The notes beneath the pieces are model-generated. The model was not told the DNA's origin and did not search any database. It worked only from the letters and a program-made list of their open reading frames with translations. 64,000 nt of DNA from Phycisphaerales bacterium (GTDB lineage Bacteria; Planctomycetota; Phycisphaerae; SM23-33): NCBI GenBank assembly GCA_018644725.1, contig JABGPZ010000069.1, positions 148,238 through 212,237 of the forward strand, given 5' to 3'. Positions 21,933-30,932 of the stretch are shown piece by piece (the stretch's first letter is position 1; every line of letters begins with the position of its first letter). The position numbers were made by a program, and so were the translations under genes.

Positions 21933-24173
21933 TTACGCGCCGGTGAAGATGTGGAAGACTTCGTCGGCGGAGGTTGCGGCGAGGATTTTTTCGCGGCCTG
22001 CCTCGTCGAGGACGGTTGAGATCGTGGACATGAACTGGACGTGCGGGGCGGGTTTGTGTTCCGGCGAGAGGGTGAGCACGAAGATCGTCGAGGGTTGCTG
22101 GTCGAGTGCGGCGAAGTCGATGCCGTCGGGCTTGATGCCGACAACGCAGACGAGCGTGTCGACCGCGTCGGTGCGGCCATGGGGAATCGCCACACCAAAT
22201 TGCATGCCGGTGGTCATCGATTCTTCGCGTTCGCGCACGGCGGTCAAAACGGTGTCACGGCTGGTGGTTTCAACCTGGCCAGTGGCGATCAGCAGGTCCA
22301 CGAGTTCCACGAGCACTTCGTCCTTGGTCGTCGCGGCGAGGTTGGGCTTGATGAATCGCGGCTGGAGATAGTGGCGCAGCTGGCGGGTCTGCTCGTTGTC
22401 GCAGGTCGCCGAACCCAGTGAGCCGCTTTGAAGCTCGCTCGAGTCGAACGGTTTGCGGAGGTTCTTCACCGCGTGTTCCACGTCGGCGGTGGCTTCGAGC
22501 ATGGCCGCGCGAATAAAGCGCACACAGCGGTTGGGGCAGGTGAAATTCAGCTCGGTCCCCATCGCGGTAAACTCGATGACGTCGGCGTCTTTGCGCAGTT
22601 GCCACAGGCGTTGCTTGCGGTTGAGCAGGTGGCAGAAAAAGCCCTCGTGCTCGAAGATGTGGGTGAGGCGCGTGACGAAGAATTCGATCATCGGGATCGA
22701 AGGGAACTCGAAGTTCAGCTCGGCCTCGTCGGCGTCGTGGGCGGTTTCCTTGCGGGTGCCGCGCTTGGGGCTTTTGAACAGGCCCACCAGCACGGGCGGG
22801 GCGAGGACGGTGTTGATGACGACCATGATGATGACGGCCGCGAACAGTTCCGGATCGAGGATTTTCTTGGACAGGCCGATCGACGCGACGATCAGGCCGA
22901 CTTCGCCGCGAGGCGCCATGCCGAAGCCCACGCGCATCGCGCCGCGGAAATTGAAGTTCGCCAGCATCGCCGGCAACCCGCAGCCGAAGACTTTCGCGAT
23001 CAGCGCCAGCGCCGTGTAGACCCCGCCGAACGCAAGGACCCTTGGGTCGGTCATCGCCGTGAGGTCGATCATCATGCCCGTGACGCAGAAGAACACCGGC
23101 ACGAGGAGGGTGTAGATGGAGTGGATTTTCTCGCGGACGACGTGGGAGATGTCCGCCTGGGAGAGCGACAGGCCCATGACATACGCGCCGATGATCATCG
23201 CCAGGCCCGCTTCTTCGAAGAGCCCCGCGAGGATCAGCGCCATGCCAAACGCCATCACGGCGATGGAGGTGCGCTCGCCGAAATACTTCAGCAGGACCGA
23301 GATTTTTCGCGATGCGGCGATGCCGATCACTGTCGCGACCAGCCAGACCCCAACGGCCTTGGCGCCGATGGTTCCGATATGGCCCCAGTTGACAGCCGTC
23401 GAGCCGCCGGTTGCTTCGGCGGCCTGCTGGGATTGGGCGATGCCCGCGACGATGGCGAGCATGATGATGCCGATTACGTCGTCGATGACGGCCGCAGAGA
23501 GAATCGTCACGCCTTCAGGACTGTCGAGTTTGCGCTTCTCGCTGAGGATCCGCGCGGTGATGCCGACCGAGGTGGCCGTCGAGACCACACCCATGAACAG
23601 GCATTTGTAGTGGAAAAAGCCGACCTGCTCGTTGAGCATGGACTCGCTGAAGAGCCACATTGCAGCCATCCCCAGCGCGAACGATGCGACGACCCCGCCG
23701 ATGCCGACGAGCGACCCGGCGAAGGAATAGCGGATCAGCAGCTTGAGGTCGGTTTCGAGCCCGACGTCGAAGAGTAGCACGATCGAGGCAATCGTCGCGA
23801 TTCCGGTGAGTTCGGGGCTGACGGCCTGGACCGCCGAGAACGGTGCGAAGAGCCCGCCCGCAAAGCCCGGCAGCGCCACTTGTCCCAGTGCGAACGGGCC
23901 GATGACCATCCCCGCGCACAGCTCGCCCAGCACGCCGGGCATTTTGAAGCGCTCAAAGAGCATGTTGAAAAATTTCGCAGCGAAGATGATCGCGCCGAAC
24001 TGAATCGAGAGCATCATCATGCGGTGGATCATGTCGATCTCACCGGGGGCCTTGGCATCGCCAGATCCCAGCGCGTTGGCGCAGCACACCAACAGCGCGG
24101 CGAGCGTGAACTTACTGCTCGGCAAAAAGCGGTTTTTGCGTGTGCGGAAGGATAGCGGGGCTTGGGTTTTCAT
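21933..24173 (-). CDS. Cation/proton antiporter (CPA family, Na+/H+ or K+/H+ exchanger) fused to a C-terminal PTS EIIA(Ntr)-type domain
   Basis: ~400-aa polytopic membrane domain with a KefB/NapA-like start (GVLGELCAGMVIGPFALG). A ~120-aa linker. C-terminal ~150 aa with PTS_EIIA_2 motifs (TTGMQFGVAIPHGRTD, phosphorylatable His; DxxPxxIFVLTLSPE). The true start is possibly at MIHRMMML (~24032). Confidence 0.7.
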   Translation of the reverse strand: MKTQAPLSFRTRKNRFLPSSKFTLAALLVCCANALGSGDAKAPGEIDMIHRMMMLSIQFGAIIFAAKFFNMLFERFKMPGVLGELCAGMVIGPFALGQVALPGFAGGLFAPFSAVQAVSPELTGIATIASIVLLFDVGLETDLKLLIRYSFAGSLVGIGGVVASFALGMAAMWLFSESMLNEQVGFFHYKCLFMGVVSTATSVGITARILSEKRKLDSPEGVTILSAAVIDDVIGIIMLAIVAGIAQSQQAAEATGGSTAVNWGHIGTIGAKAVGVWLVATVIGIAASRKISVLLKYFGERTSIAVMAFGMALILAGLFEEAGLAMIIGAYVMGLSLSQADISHVVREKIHSIYTLLVPVFFCVTGMMIDLTAMTDPRVLAFGGVYTALALIAKVFGCGLPAMLANFNFRGAMRVGFGMAPRGEVGLIVASIGLSKKILDPELFAAVIIMVVINTVLAPPVLVGLFKSPKRGTRKETAHDADEAELNFEFPSIPMIEFFVTRLTHIFEHEGFFCHLLNRKQRLWQLRKDADVIEFTAMGTELNFTCPNRCVRFIRAAMLEATADVEHAVKNLRKPFDSSELQSGSLGSATCDNEQTRQLRHYLQPRFIKPNLAATTKDEVLVELVDLLIATGQVETTSRDTVLTAVREREESMTTGMQFGVAIPHGRTDAVDTLVCVVGIKPDGIDFAALDQQPSTIFVLTLSPEHKPAPHVQFMSTISTVLDEAGREKILAATSADEVFHIFTGA

Positions 24174-24375
24174 TCGTGTTATCCAGTCGGGCGGTCAGGG
24201 GCCGTGTCGGTCCAGTGTAGGTCCTGTGCATCGTTCGGGCAAAAAATTACAAGGCGGAACTATACCGACCTTCCCTCCAGTTGTAAAGAAAAAAACTTGT
24301 TAGCCGTGCATAAAATCGCGCGATTTGAAGATGATCATTGCAAAAAAACGCATTCTCTGCTATAGTCCCGCCACT

Positions 24376-25776
24376 ATGAGTTTACCAGTCGTCGCCATTG
24401 TGGGCCGCCCGAACGTAGGCAAGAGCAGTTTGCTCAATTGCCTCGCCGGCCGGCGAATTTCGATTGTGGATCCGACCCCCGGGGTAACCCGTGACCGGAT
24501 CTCGTTTCCGTTGTGCATTGGCGAGGGCGAGGACGCGCCGTATGTCGAAGTGGTCGACACAGGCGGCATCGGCATTGTCGACTGCCACAGCCTCGAAGAG
24601 AACGTCGAAGAGCAGATCGATTTCGGTATTGAAGATGCCGACGTGATCCTGTTCGTGGTGGACGCGCGCGAAGGCGTTCAGCCGCTGGACAAGGAAGTTG
24701 CCGACCGACTGCGCCGCCTCGAAACGCCGGTGATTCTGCTGGCAAACAAAATTGACGAAGCGCGCCTCTTTGGCGAGATTGGCGAGCTGAACTCGCTCGG
24801 CTTTGGCGAGCCGCACCCCATCAGCGCCCACCATGCGCGCGGGATGCACGCGTTGCTGGACATGCTCCGCGACGCCGTGAGCCACTTGCCGCCCGCCCAG
24901 CCCGAAGCCGAGGGCATCAAGCTCGCGATCATCGGTAAGCGCAACGCCGGCAAGAGCACGCTCACCAACGCCCTCGCGGGTGAGGATCGCGTGATCGTTT
25001 CGTCCACGCCCGGCACGACGCGCGACAGCGTCGACGTGAAACTCGAAATTGACGGTCAGCGCCTGACGCTGATCGACACCGCCGGCGTGAAACGCAACCG
25101 CTCGCTGAATGATGACATTGAATGGTATTCCCAGCACCGCGCCCTGCGGAGCGTTCGCCGCGCGGATGTGACGGCGTTTATGATCGACGCGTCGCTGCCG
25201 GTGAGCCAACTTGACAAGACCCTCGCGGCTGTGATTCAGGAAGAATTCAAGCCCGTGATTTTCGTGATCAACAAGTGGGACCTCGCGCGGGACGTCGCCG
25301 ATCCGGATGACTATCTCGAATACATTGAACGCGAGTTCCAGCAGCTGACCTTCGCGCCGATCCTGTTTGTTTCGGCCACGGAAGGGCTCAACGTCAAAGC
25401 ACTGGTGACCCTCGCCGCACAGGTTCACGCCCAGGCCAGCACGCGCGTGGGCACTGGCGAACTGAATCAGATTGTCGGCTCGATCATCGAGCGGCGCGGC
25501 CCGAGCCACAAGGCCGGCACGAAACCGCCGAAGGTGTTCTACGCCTCGCAGGTCAGCACCAATCCGCCGACAATCGTGCTGATGGTCAACGCGACCGAGA
25601 GCTTCGACAACAATTATGAGCGATTCCTGCTCAACCGATTCCACGAAGTGATGCCGTTTTCCGAAGTGCCGATCCGTCTTCTGTTGCGCGGCAAGGGCAA
25701 ATGGTCCGAACGTCGCGGTACGCGCCTCGGCAAAGGCAAAAACCCCGATGGCGAAGACCAACAAACCGACGAGTAA
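24376..25776 (+). CDS. der: Ribosome-associated GTPase Der (EngA), two tandem GTPase domains
   Basis: G1 motifs GRPNVGKSS and GKRNAGKST, with DTGG/DTAG and NKxD motifs in each half. Start MSLPVV at 24376. Confidence 0.9.
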   Translation: MSLPVVAIVGRPNVGKSSLLNCLAGRRISIVDPTPGVTRDRISFPLCIGEGEDAPYVEVVDTGGIGIVDCHSLEENVEEQIDFGIEDADVILFVVDAREGVQPLDKEVADRLRRLETPVILLANKIDEARLFGEIGELNSLGFGEPHPISAHHARGMHALLDMLRDAVSHLPPAQPEAEGIKLAIIGKRNAGKSTLTNALAGEDRVIVSSTPGTTRDSVDVKLEIDGQRLTLIDTAGVKRNRSLNDDIEWYSQHRALRSVRRADVTAFMIDASLPVSQLDKTLAAVIQEEFKPVIFVINKWDLARDVADPDDYLEYIEREFQQLTFAPILFVSATEGLNVKALVTLAAQVHAQASTRVGTGELNQIVGSIIERRGPSHKAGTKPPKVFYASQVSTNPPTIVLMVNATESFDNNYERFLLNRFHEVMPFSEVPIRLLLRGKGKWSERRGTRLGKGKNPDGEDQQTDE

Positions 25777-25789
25777 CATCAAATATAAT

Positions 25790-25822
25790 AAAAGCCCTGC
25801 GTCACCGCGGGGCTTTTTTTAT
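25790..25822 (+). terminator. Rho-independent terminator downstream of der
   Basis: AGCCCTGCGTCACCGCGGGGCT hairpin followed by T7. Confidence 0.7.
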
Positions 25823-25851
25823 TCCACAAGAACAATACGGTCGGGAGTGTG

Positions 25852-26706
25852 TCAGAGTTTCCGATTTTCGTCGTGAATCGTGAAGGAATGATCTAGAAAT
25901 TCAGGGCTGGACATGGCGTGTTGTTTGTCGAGATCGTCTTGAAGTGTTTGCGCGTGGCGTAGCAGTCTGATTCCCAGGGTAAATTGGGAGGCCCACAGGA
26001 CAATAACGAACGCGATGAGGCCGGGCATGTTCAGAACTTTAATGGCGGCCCAAGCAAGACATACGAAAACGGGGAGTCCAAGAATTGAGTTTCGTATCAG
26101 TTTCCATCCTCGACGGTGTGTGGCCAAGACATGATTTTGTTCTGCAAGGGGGGTGGTTTCGTGTTCTGTTATATGCACCTCGCCCTCAGAGTCTGTAAGG
26201 GCGGCATGTTGGCAAACGCCCCGAAGAGTTTCGATGCAGTGATCATATCCCGTGGCCATGCGAATTCGGGTAGAGGTGTTTCGGGTCTGAATCACGAAGA
26301 AGATGCGGCCGGGTTGTTCGACAATTCCGCAAACATCTTCCGTGCGGATACGCGTTTGGCCAATGCCTTTGTTTTGAATAATTTCGTTGGGAGTGATTGT
26401 GAGTGAAAAATCAAAGCATTTGCGTTTGCACCACCAAGTCACTCCTCCTCCAATTAGAAGCGCCACGCCAATAAGAATCAAAAAGGAATCATCAGCGATA
26501 GACCATGAATAGAAACCAGCTAGGAAGTGGAATAAGCATGTGGCGAGTATGGATGTCAGCAGAAAAACGATAGGGAGGATCAGCATCACAAGGGCTCCTC
26601 CTTGCATTGCTATTTGGGTGTGGTAGATTACGTCGTCTGCGACTTTGGGCTGGATATTATCTTCTGAATTTTGAAGACAGGAACCAACGTTATCGGGTTC
26701 TATCAT
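25852..26706 (-). CDS. Membrane protein with bacterial PH (bPH_2/YdbS-like) domain; lies in a low-GC segment
   Basis: Several TM helices. The central segment TITPNEIIQNKGIGQTRIRTEDVCGIVEQPGRIFFVIQTRN resembles the bPH_2 fold. Local GC is visibly lower than in the neighbouring genes. Confidence 0.45.
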   Translation of the reverse strand: MIEPDNVGSCLQNSEDNIQPKVADDVIYHTQIAMQGGALVMLILPIVFLLTSILATCLFHFLAGFYSWSIADDSFLILIGVALLIGGGVTWWCKRKCFDFSLTITPNEIIQNKGIGQTRIRTEDVCGIVEQPGRIFFVIQTRNTSTRIRMATGYDHCIETLRGVCQHAALTDSEGEVHITEHETTPLAEQNHVLATHRRGWKLIRNSILGLPVFVCLAWAAIKVLNMPGLIAFVIVLWASQFTLGIRLLRHAQTLQDDLDKQHAMSSPEFLDHSFTIHDENRKL

Positions 26707-26729
26707 TGGGTACTCCGCGTTGCGTGGAA

Positions 26730-27692
26730 TTACTTCGTATTATTTATCGTGACAGGTTCGACTATAACATCCGCGTCATCGTCTTCCGCGTCATCGTCTT
26801 CGTCGTCCTGTTCTTCGTCGGTGGCGGGTTTGGGCGGGGCGATGGTTTCGAGGCATTCGCCGGAGCGGAGGTTCCAGGTTTTCTGCTCGCCGTCTTCGGT
26901 TTTGCTGATGAGCTGTTTTCCGTCGAGGCGGATCGAGAGGACCCACACGGGCAAAAGATGCCCGGCGTAGGTGCGCAGGCATTGGCCGGTATCGAGATCC
27001 CAGAGTTTGATGCTGCCGTCAACGCTTGCGGACATCGCGCGCTGGTGATCGGGCATGAACGCGACGGCCGAGACCGCAGCGTCGTGGCCCGTGAACGTCG
27101 TGGCGCATTCGCCGGTCTCCACGTTCCACAGTTTCATCGTCTTGTCCCAGCTCCCCGACAGCACGCGTCCATTATGGTCGCACGCGGCGACGGACGTGAC
27201 CCAGTCGCGATGGCCGTCAAGTTTACGGTTGGGCGCGGAGTTGCCGTCAGTGGTCACGCTCAGCGTGTTGTGGTCGGCGGAAATATTGATCTGCCCGTTG
27301 GGGCTGGCGGCGGTGGCGCGGATATGGCCCGACGCGGCATGGCTGCACAGTAGATCGCGCGCACGGTTGGCGGTGGCGGGCTCGGGTGTGGTCCGCACGA
27401 GCTGGCGGATTTGCACGAGCAGATCGTCGACGGCGGCGGTCTGTTCGGCGTTACGGTAACAGGGGTTGGCGGGGAATTCGCCGAGTTCGGCGGCGAGCTG
27501 TTGAAGGTCGGACTGCTTTTCCTCGGCGATGGCGGCGATGATCAGCCCGGCGGCCGCGATGATGCAGCCGCCAACGTTGCAAACGGCGAGCGTACCGACG
27601 AGAATCAGTGTCGCAAAGAACGATTTGGAGGAGGTCATGGTCTGCTTTCGAGAATCGATGGAGTAGACGCGGCGCACTTGGCCACGGACCAT
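26730..27692 (-). CDS. WD40-repeat protein with N-terminal membrane anchor and acidic C-terminal tail
   Basis: WD repeats (GHRDWVTSVAACDHNGRVLSGSWDKTMKLWNV, GHDAAVSAVAF...SVDGSIKLWDL, GHLLPVWVL). TM segment FFATLILVGTLAVCNVGGCIIAAAGLIIAAIA. Alternative start MTSSKS at 27638. Confidence 0.65.
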   Translation of the reverse strand: MVRGQVRRVYSIDSRKQTMTSSKSFFATLILVGTLAVCNVGGCIIAAAGLIIAAIAEEKQSDLQQLAAELGEFPANPCYRNAEQTAAVDDLLVQIRQLVRTTPEPATANRARDLLCSHAASGHIRATAASPNGQINISADHNTLSVTTDGNSAPNRKLDGHRDWVTSVAACDHNGRVLSGSWDKTMKLWNVETGECATTFTGHDAAVSAVAFMPDHQRAMSASVDGSIKLWDLDTGQCLRTYAGHLLPVWVLSIRLDGKQLISKTEDGEQKTWNLRSGECLETIAPPKPATDEEQDDEDDDAEDDDADVIVEPVTINNTK

Positions 27693-27782
27693 TTACTCTA
27701 CAGTGAACCGCGCGGCCTGTCAAGACAAACGCCCGACGAACCGGCCGATTCGTCGAGCGTTGCACGGGGGATGGGATTGGTG

Positions 27783-28328
27783 TTAGCGCCGATGTGTCGA
27801 GCTGCGCGAGCTATGGCGCGTCGAGGTCGGCGGACGGTGTGAGGTTGTGCCACTGCGGTGTGAGGTTGGCGGACGGTGCGAGGTTGTGCCACTGCGGTGC
27901 GAAGTTGTGCCACTGCGGTGCGAGGTCGTGGTGCGGTTGCGTTGCCACGGCGAACTCGCGGACGGCCCTTGCCGCCAGGGCGAAGTGCTGCGTGTGGTCA
28001 CTGGTGAGGATCGATGATGCGACGTCGGCTTGTGATATGACGTCGGTTTGTGATGGCTGGGTTTGTGATATGATGTCGGTTTGTAGTGGCTCGATTTGTG
28101 ATAGCTGGGTTTGTTGTGGGAGACGATCACGCGCGGGGTGGAATAGCCGCTATGGTAGACCGTCGGGCGGTAGTAGGCGTGGCCCCAGTCATAGCCTGCC
28201 GAGACCGTCACGCGTGGGCGATGATAGCGCGAGTGGCGCACGCTGGCATGGGCGAAATCGCAACCCGAGGCCATCAGCAACGCGGCCGCGACCAGTCCGA
28301 ATGTGAGGGTGTGCTTGAGGTGGGTCAT
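27783..28328 (-). CDS. Putative lipoprotein with His/Tyr/Ser-rich tandem repeats (YHKPSHHKPTSYHKP..., TSHRSGTTSHR...)
   Basis: Signal peptide with lipobox-like LLMASGC. Strong SD (AAGGAGA) upstream. The underlying DNA is tandemly repetitive. The antisense ORF 27794..28306 lacks a signal peptide. Confidence 0.5.
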   Translation of the reverse strand: MTHLKHTLTFGLVAAALLMASGCDFAHASVRHSRYHRPRVTVSAGYDWGHAYYRPTVYHSGYSTPRVIVSHNKPSYHKSSHYKPTSYHKPSHHKPTSYHKPTSHHRSSPVTTRSTSPWRQGPSASSPWQRNRTTTSHRSGTTSHRSGTTSHRPPTSHRSGTTSHRPPTSTRHSSRSSTHRR

Positions 28329-28575
28329 GGTATTCTCCTTATTCTTTGTGGTTCTTCATTGCCTCATTCTATGGGGGCTAACGGGAAGGAGACAACTCCT
28401 ATTTCGATAAAATCAAAAATTTATTTTAAAAGTCGGTTTGAATAGTAACATTGGAGATGGGTTTGGAAACGGAACATTGGCTTGGGGAAATAGGCGATTA
28501 TCTCTGGTGGCGGAGCGAGAATAATTATTAGCGTATAATTAAGATTAATTTTTTAAGAATTTCAGTATATTCTTA

Positions 28576-28603
28576 TTGTAAAGTACGATGTTTTTGGTAT
28601 AAT
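28576..28603 (+). promoter_or_regulatory. Putative sigma70 promoter with extended -10 (TGgTATAAT) upstream of PEP-CTERM gene A
   Basis: TTGTAA (28576-28581), 16-nt spacer, TGGTATAAT (28595-28603), within a ~300-bp AT-rich intergenic region. Confidence 0.5.
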
Positions 28604-28657
28604 GAGGGCGAAGGTTAATTCAGACTATTGGATACGACCCTGCAGAAAGGATGCACC

Positions 28658-29485
28658 ATGAAGAATACACAACTGATCTCGCTTGCAACGTTACTGCTGT
28701 GCGCTACGGTTTCGTTGGCAAAGCCTCCAAAGAAACCTAAGGATCCGCCAGTGACACCGCCCACAGGGGATGGACTGATTCTCAAAGAGACGATCAAGTC
28801 CGGCTATGGTGACTATACTGGAACCGCGACCCTCGGTGGAATCTATACCCAGACGTTGGACCACATCGGGCCAACCCACCTTCACTTCAAGAAAGATTCC
28901 TACACGGGCCCGCTTTCCGAGGCGGCCTATGGCGATGGACACCATGTGGATCTGTTTACGGCGGGGATTTTTCAAGAGACCTACGAGACGGACATCGCTT
29001 ATGACGTGACGGCCTTGTCGGCCGGTCCGGTGGGCGGGGTAGAGAATGCTGCTTTGTTCCCCACGGGAATGGGCCAAGTCAAGGCCGATGCCTTGGGGAA
29101 ACTCTTCGGACTTTACTCGGCCGAAGCGGTTGCGCCAAAATCCGGCGACAGCACCGACCAAACGGCGGCATTCCAAGCGGCCGTCTGGGAAATTATTCAC
29201 GAAACGTCTGGCACCTATGGTCTTGGCGATGGCGAATTCCAGATCGCCGGTACCGGGGACTGGATGGACCTGGCGGACCACTATCTCTCGACGTTCGAGC
29301 AGGCCACCATCGCGGGTGAGTTGATGTTGCTTTCCAACGAGACCTATCAGGATTACATTGTGATGGGCGGTCAAGTGGCGGTCGAAGCGCCGTCGGCCCC
29401 GGCCGTGCCCGAACCAATCACGCTCGCATCGCTAGGGTTGTGCTTTCTTGGCGCGGGAGGTTACCTCCGCCGCCGGCTGACATAA
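28658..29485 (+). CDS. PEP-CTERM sorting-domain protein (paralog A); N-terminal domain of unknown family
   Basis: Signal peptide. C-terminal VPEPITLASLGLCFLGAGGYLRRRLT is the PEP motif + TM helix + Arg cluster typical of exosortase substrates. Paralogous to 30933..31730 (conserved blocks SYTGPL, AAFQAAVWEII, DYIVMG). Confidence 0.8.
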   Translation: MKNTQLISLATLLLCATVSLAKPPKKPKDPPVTPPTGDGLILKETIKSGYGDYTGTATLGGIYTQTLDHIGPTHLHFKKDSYTGPLSEAAYGDGHHVDLFTAGIFQETYETDIAYDVTALSAGPVGGVENAALFPTGMGQVKADALGKLFGLYSAEAVAPKSGDSTDQTAAFQAAVWEIIHETSGTYGLGDGEFQIAGTGDWMDLADHYLSTFEQATIAGELMLLSNETYQDYIVMGGQVAVEAPSAPAVPEPITLASLGLCFLGAGGYLRRRLT

Positions 29486-29503
29486 CCGTTGCAATGATGG
29501 GAC

Positions 29504-29534
29504 AAAACCGCAGGCTTGCCCTGCGGTTTTTTTG
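29504..29534 (+). terminator. Rho-independent terminator downstream of PEP-CTERM gene A
   Basis: AAACCGCAGGCTTGCCCTGCGGTTT hairpin followed by T7. Confidence 0.75.
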
Positions 29535-29575
29535 TGGTCAGACGAGTTCCGCCGAAGAACAAATTGGGCGAGTAC

Positions 29576-30532
29576 CTAGCCTCGCGGGTGAAATTTTTGG
29601 TGAATACTTTGGAGTCGTTTGGCATCGACGTGGGTGTAGATTTGGGTGGTGGCGACTGAAGCGTGCCCGAGCATGTCCTGGACACTGCGCAGGTCGGCGC
29701 CGCCGGCGAGGAGGCTGGTTGCGAAGCTATGGCGGAGAGTGTGGGGCGAGACCGATTTGACGATGCCGATCCGCTGTGCGTATCTCTTTACCATTGTGTA
29801 GACTGCAGTGCGGTGGAACGCTTTTCCGCGGTTGGACAGGAAAAGACGGTCCGGACTGACGGGCGTTTTCAGGCGCCGGTAGTCGCTTTCGAGATAATCG
29901 TTGACGGCCTGGACTGCCCGCGGCGCGACGGGAATCAGCCGTTCTTTGTTGCCTTTGCCGAGTACGCGGAGCAGCCCGTCGGTTTCGTCGAGGGCGCGGC
30001 GGGGAAGGTTGACCAGTTCGCTTACGCGCAGGCCCGTTGCATAAAAGAGGATCAGGATCGTCCGATCGCGCGTGGAAAATGGGTCCAGCTCGTTGTTGGG
30101 TGCGGCGAGCAGGTCGCGCAATTCGGTCTCGTTGAGTACCGTCGGCAGATAGCGTCCGCGCTTGGGCAGGTCGATGCTCGCGGATACGTCGCGGTCCTGA
30201 AGGTTTTGCAATACCAGAAATCGGCAGAACATACGAACCGATGCGAGGACGCGGGAAATCGTGGACACTTGCCAATCGCTCTGGGTGCGGATGTGGTGGA
30301 GGAAGGCTTCGACATCGGTCGCGCAGAGTTTGCGCAGATCACAACGGCCTCGCTCGTGGAGACATCCCAAGAACGTCAGCAGGTCGCCACGATAGGCGAT
30401 GCGGGTATTCTGCGAGCGGCCACACTCGATCAAAAGATAATCGAGAAATTCACGCAGCCAGCGGACCGCTTCAGACGGCAAATCGCAGAGGTCGGCTCTG
30501 GGAGGTAGTGTGGGCATGGTGGGGTTTGGCAA
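29576..30532 (-). CDS. Tyrosine recombinase, XerC/XerD family
   Basis: 318 aa. C-terminal catalytic region with R...HTLRHSFATSLLAGGADLRSVQDMLGHASVATTQIYTHV (R-H-R-Y signature). Confidence 0.85.
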   Translation of the reverse strand: MPNPTMPTLPPRADLCDLPSEAVRWLREFLDYLLIECGRSQNTRIAYRGDLLTFLGCLHERGRCDLRKLCATDVEAFLHHIRTQSDWQVSTISRVLASVRMFCRFLVLQNLQDRDVSASIDLPKRGRYLPTVLNETELRDLLAAPNNELDPFSTRDRTILILFYATGLRVSELVNLPRRALDETDGLLRVLGKGNKERLIPVAPRAVQAVNDYLESDYRRLKTPVSPDRLFLSNRGKAFHRTAVYTMVKRYAQRIGIVKSVSPHTLRHSFATSLLAGGADLRSVQDMLGHASVATTQIYTHVDAKRLQSIHQKFHPRG

Positions 30533-30932
30533 AGGCCTGGCGGTAGTGGCGGCATTGCTTATAGCAATCGCCGCAGCGGGTCATGACGTGGGTGAGATTG
30601 CGGAGGGTGATCTTCCCCGCGCAAGCCGAAGTGGGGTGTTCCAGGAAGGGGCACATGAATCCATTCTCCTTTGGCTGGTGGAAATCCGTTCCATCCCTTT
30701 TATCGGCGATTTTCACCCTCACTCATGAGGATTAATTCTATTTCTCAACTGGCGGGTTGGATCAATTGTATGGTGGAGGATTGGATTTTGCAGATCGCGG
30801 GGGGAGAAATAGTGATTAATTTCCGAAAAAAAATAATGAATCTTTCTTGAAATCCCGATAAATTGGGATAGAATGCAAATGTATTCCAGATCACAAGGCC
30901 CTTGGGCCTTTCTGGGAAAGAGGACAAAAACC

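Noticed and set aside
22428-23777. 449-aa + strand ORF (and 22041..22421, 22453..23019, 23116..23610)
   Set aside because: Antisense to the antiporter-EIIA gene. Arg/Asp/His-rich artefact translations.
24382-25782. 466-aa - strand ORF
   Set aside because: Antisense to der.
27794-28306. + strand 170-aa Cys/His-rich ORF opposite the His-rich lipoprotein
   Set aside because: No signal peptide or SD. The - strand ORF has a strong SD and a lipoprotein signal. Both are low-complexity, so the call remains tentative.
29576-30532. Reading the recombinase as a phage/ICE integrase marking a mobile island
   Set aside because: No attachment-site tRNA, no phage or conjugation genes nearby. Protein length and C-terminal motifs fit XerD-type recombinases better. 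Kept only as a hypothesis in the findings.
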